Assembly (NCBI RefSeq): GCF_048593235.1
Contig: NC_133622.1
Coordinates: 255,630,055-255,694,054 of the forward strand
From: Sminthopsis crassicaudata
Lineage: Eukaryota
Length of the DNA stretch: 64,000 nucleotides
Direction of reading: 5' to 3'
A program made the position numbers and the translations under genes. Each line of letters starts with the position of its first letter. Position 1 is the stretch's first letter. Shown one piece after another: positions 61,896 through 64,000 of the stretch. A model generated the notes under the pieces. It made no database searches and was not told the DNA's origin. It saw only the letters and a program-made list of their open reading frames with translations.

Positions 61896-62650
61896 TACAG
61901 CTCTTTACTTTCAACTTTACACTATCAGTGCAAACAAATTCCAACTTTCTTTACTCATTCACCCATCTTTAATTTTTCTTATTTACTCCTACAGGATTAC
62001 TCTTTCTTTCTTCTGTTTACTCAGTTTCTCTAGTTCTTTTTGGTTCTTTAATGGTTACAGATGCAACAATTCCTACCAATTTCTTTAACTTCTTTGGGCA
62101 ATCAATTAGTTACAATCATTGTTTTGTTTTTATAAGTGACAGGCAAATAGACTCAAACAACTCAGCCCAACAAGCTCCTCATTTTAGGGTGTCTCAGATT
62201 TTCAAAGGCAGGATGATTTTAGAGAAGAAACTATCTTTTTTCTCAAAATTAATCTCTCTTATGCTAGAAAAAACATTCATCCAGTTATTTTGGCAGTGTC
62301 CGAGGGATGCGGGTGAAGCACAGGAAGTTAAGGGGAATTGTGTCACTGGAAAACTGGAAGAAATTATACTTTTCTGAAGGACTCAGATGTAACTTTTTGT
62401 CTATTTCTTTTCAAATCACTCAAAATGAAGTCCATTTATTTTGTTCTATAAATAATTTGCAAGTTCTGCTTTTCCCTTCCAGAATCTCAGTATTTTATAG
62501 CTTTATAAACTATATGCTCACTTTATTCTGATCTTTTCTAAGCACTCTGTCCTAGTTGTTTATGTTAATTTTTCTATTTTATGTATAGACATAGACATAT
62601 TTCTCTATCTGTCTACATCTATATATAATCTATCTATAGACAGATAGACA

Positions 62651-62657
<7 letters not shown>

Positions 62658-62697
<40 letters not shown>
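62658..62697. repeat. (TA)n microsatellite
   Basis: Directly visible. Confidence 0.9.
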
Positions 62698-62699
<2 letters not shown>

Positions 62700-63134
62700 T
62701 TCAATTGTACCTTCAATAATTCTTTCCCTAACTTACAACCTCATTATACAATTTGGACTTATTTTCACTAACCAATTAATTTCAACACATGTTTTTCTGT
62801 GTTTTTTATTTACCTAAACAATGGATTTAAACTTCAATGCTGTCACTGAATTTCACCTGCCTTCAGTTGCTTTCTGATTTCAAAATAAGTTTTCTTTTTC
62901 TGGGAGCACCTTCAATCAATGTCCCAATCACGATATATTTGGTGCTTTCAGGTTGGTTGTTTAAAAACAGTAAACATAGGAGATAAAATGAATTCCAAAT
63001 CTACCCACTTTTATCCTTTTCTTATTCCTTATTCTGCCTTCTAGTAATAAATATTCTGCAGTGGGCCAGAACTCTGGACAAATGTACTTGAAACAAGGTG
63101 TTTAACTCAGTGGAATTGATGAGATGATGGTTCT

Positions 63135-64000
63135 CATATATAGTCAGTGCTCAGCGTGGTGATGTCATGGTTCTCTAGTTCTCATATATAGTCAGTGCTC
63201 AGCGTGGTGATGTCATGGTTCTCTAGTTCTCATATATAGTCAGTGCTCAGCGTGGTGATGTCATGGTTCTCTAGTTCCCATATAGACTCAGTGCTCAGCG
63301 TGGTGATGTCATGGTTCTCTAGTCCCCATCTATACTCAGCATGGTGATGTCATGGCTCTCTAGTCCCCATATAGACTCAGTACTCAGCATGGTGACGTCA
63401 TAGTTCTCTAGTCCCCATATAGACTCAGTACTCAGCATGGTGACGTCATGGTTCTCTAGTTCCCATATAGACTCAGTACTCAGCGTGGTGATGTCATGGC
63501 TCTCTAGTCCCCATATAGACTCAGTACTCAGCGTGGTGATGTCATGGTTCTCTAGTTCCCATCTATACTCAGTACTCAGCATGGTGATGTCATGGTTCTC
63601 TAGTCCCCATCTATACTCAGCATGGTGATGTCATGGCTCTCTAGTCCCCATATAGACTCAGTACTCAGCATGGTGACGTCATAGTTCTCTAGTCCCCATA
63701 TAGACTCAGTACTCAGCGTGGTGATGTCATGGCTCTCTAGTCCCCATATAGACTCAGTACTCAGCGTGGTGATGTCATGGTTCTCTAGTTCCCATCTATA
63801 CTCAGTACTCAGCATGGTGATGTCATGGCTCTCTAGTTCCCATATAGACTCAGTACTCAGCGTGGTGATGTCATGGTTCTCTAGTTCCCATATAGACTCA
63901 GTACTCAGCGTGGTGATGTCATGGTTCTCTAGTCCCCATATATACTCAGTACTCAGCGTGGTGACGTCATAGTTCTCTAGTCCCCATATATAGTCAGTAC
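63135..64000. repeat. Minisatellite, 48-bp unit (with 42-bp variants) GTCAGTGCTCAGCGTGGTGATGTCATGGTTCTCTAGTTCTCATATATA
   Basis: Period 48 (63143, 63191, ...); runs off the window end. Confidence 0.95.

Overview
GC-rich vertebrate genomic DNA. The SINEs and LINE-1 3' ends look like those of dasyurid marsupials (Tasmanian devil/dunnart/antechinus group); this is inferred from repeat sequence resemblance. Gene content from left to right: (1) a complete 21-coding-exon OSBPL5 (ORP5) gene on + (7429-35386, 880 aa); (2) a convergent ZNF511 on - (36535-37411, 243 aa) that keeps only its first intron; (3) the main discovery, two tandem, spliced, ORF-intact paralogues on - (copy B 40383-48144, 432 aa; copy A 52195-57662, 410 aa); (4) a CpG island with a probable divergent + strand first exon containing a frame-preserving 42/51-bp VNTR (59264-60094). 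Each paralogue in (3) encodes a Gypsy/GIN-type HHCC zinc-binding module, an integrase core with a degenerate triad (Q,T,(35)E instead of D,D(35)E), an acidic stretch and a C4HC3 PHD finger. These look like domesticated, catalytically dead integrase-PHD chromatin-reader genes, with signs of gene conversion restricted to the integrase core exon. Many minisatellites and one N gap (12681-12938) are also present. All exon models were assembled by hand from splice sites and phase continuity; no database searches were run.
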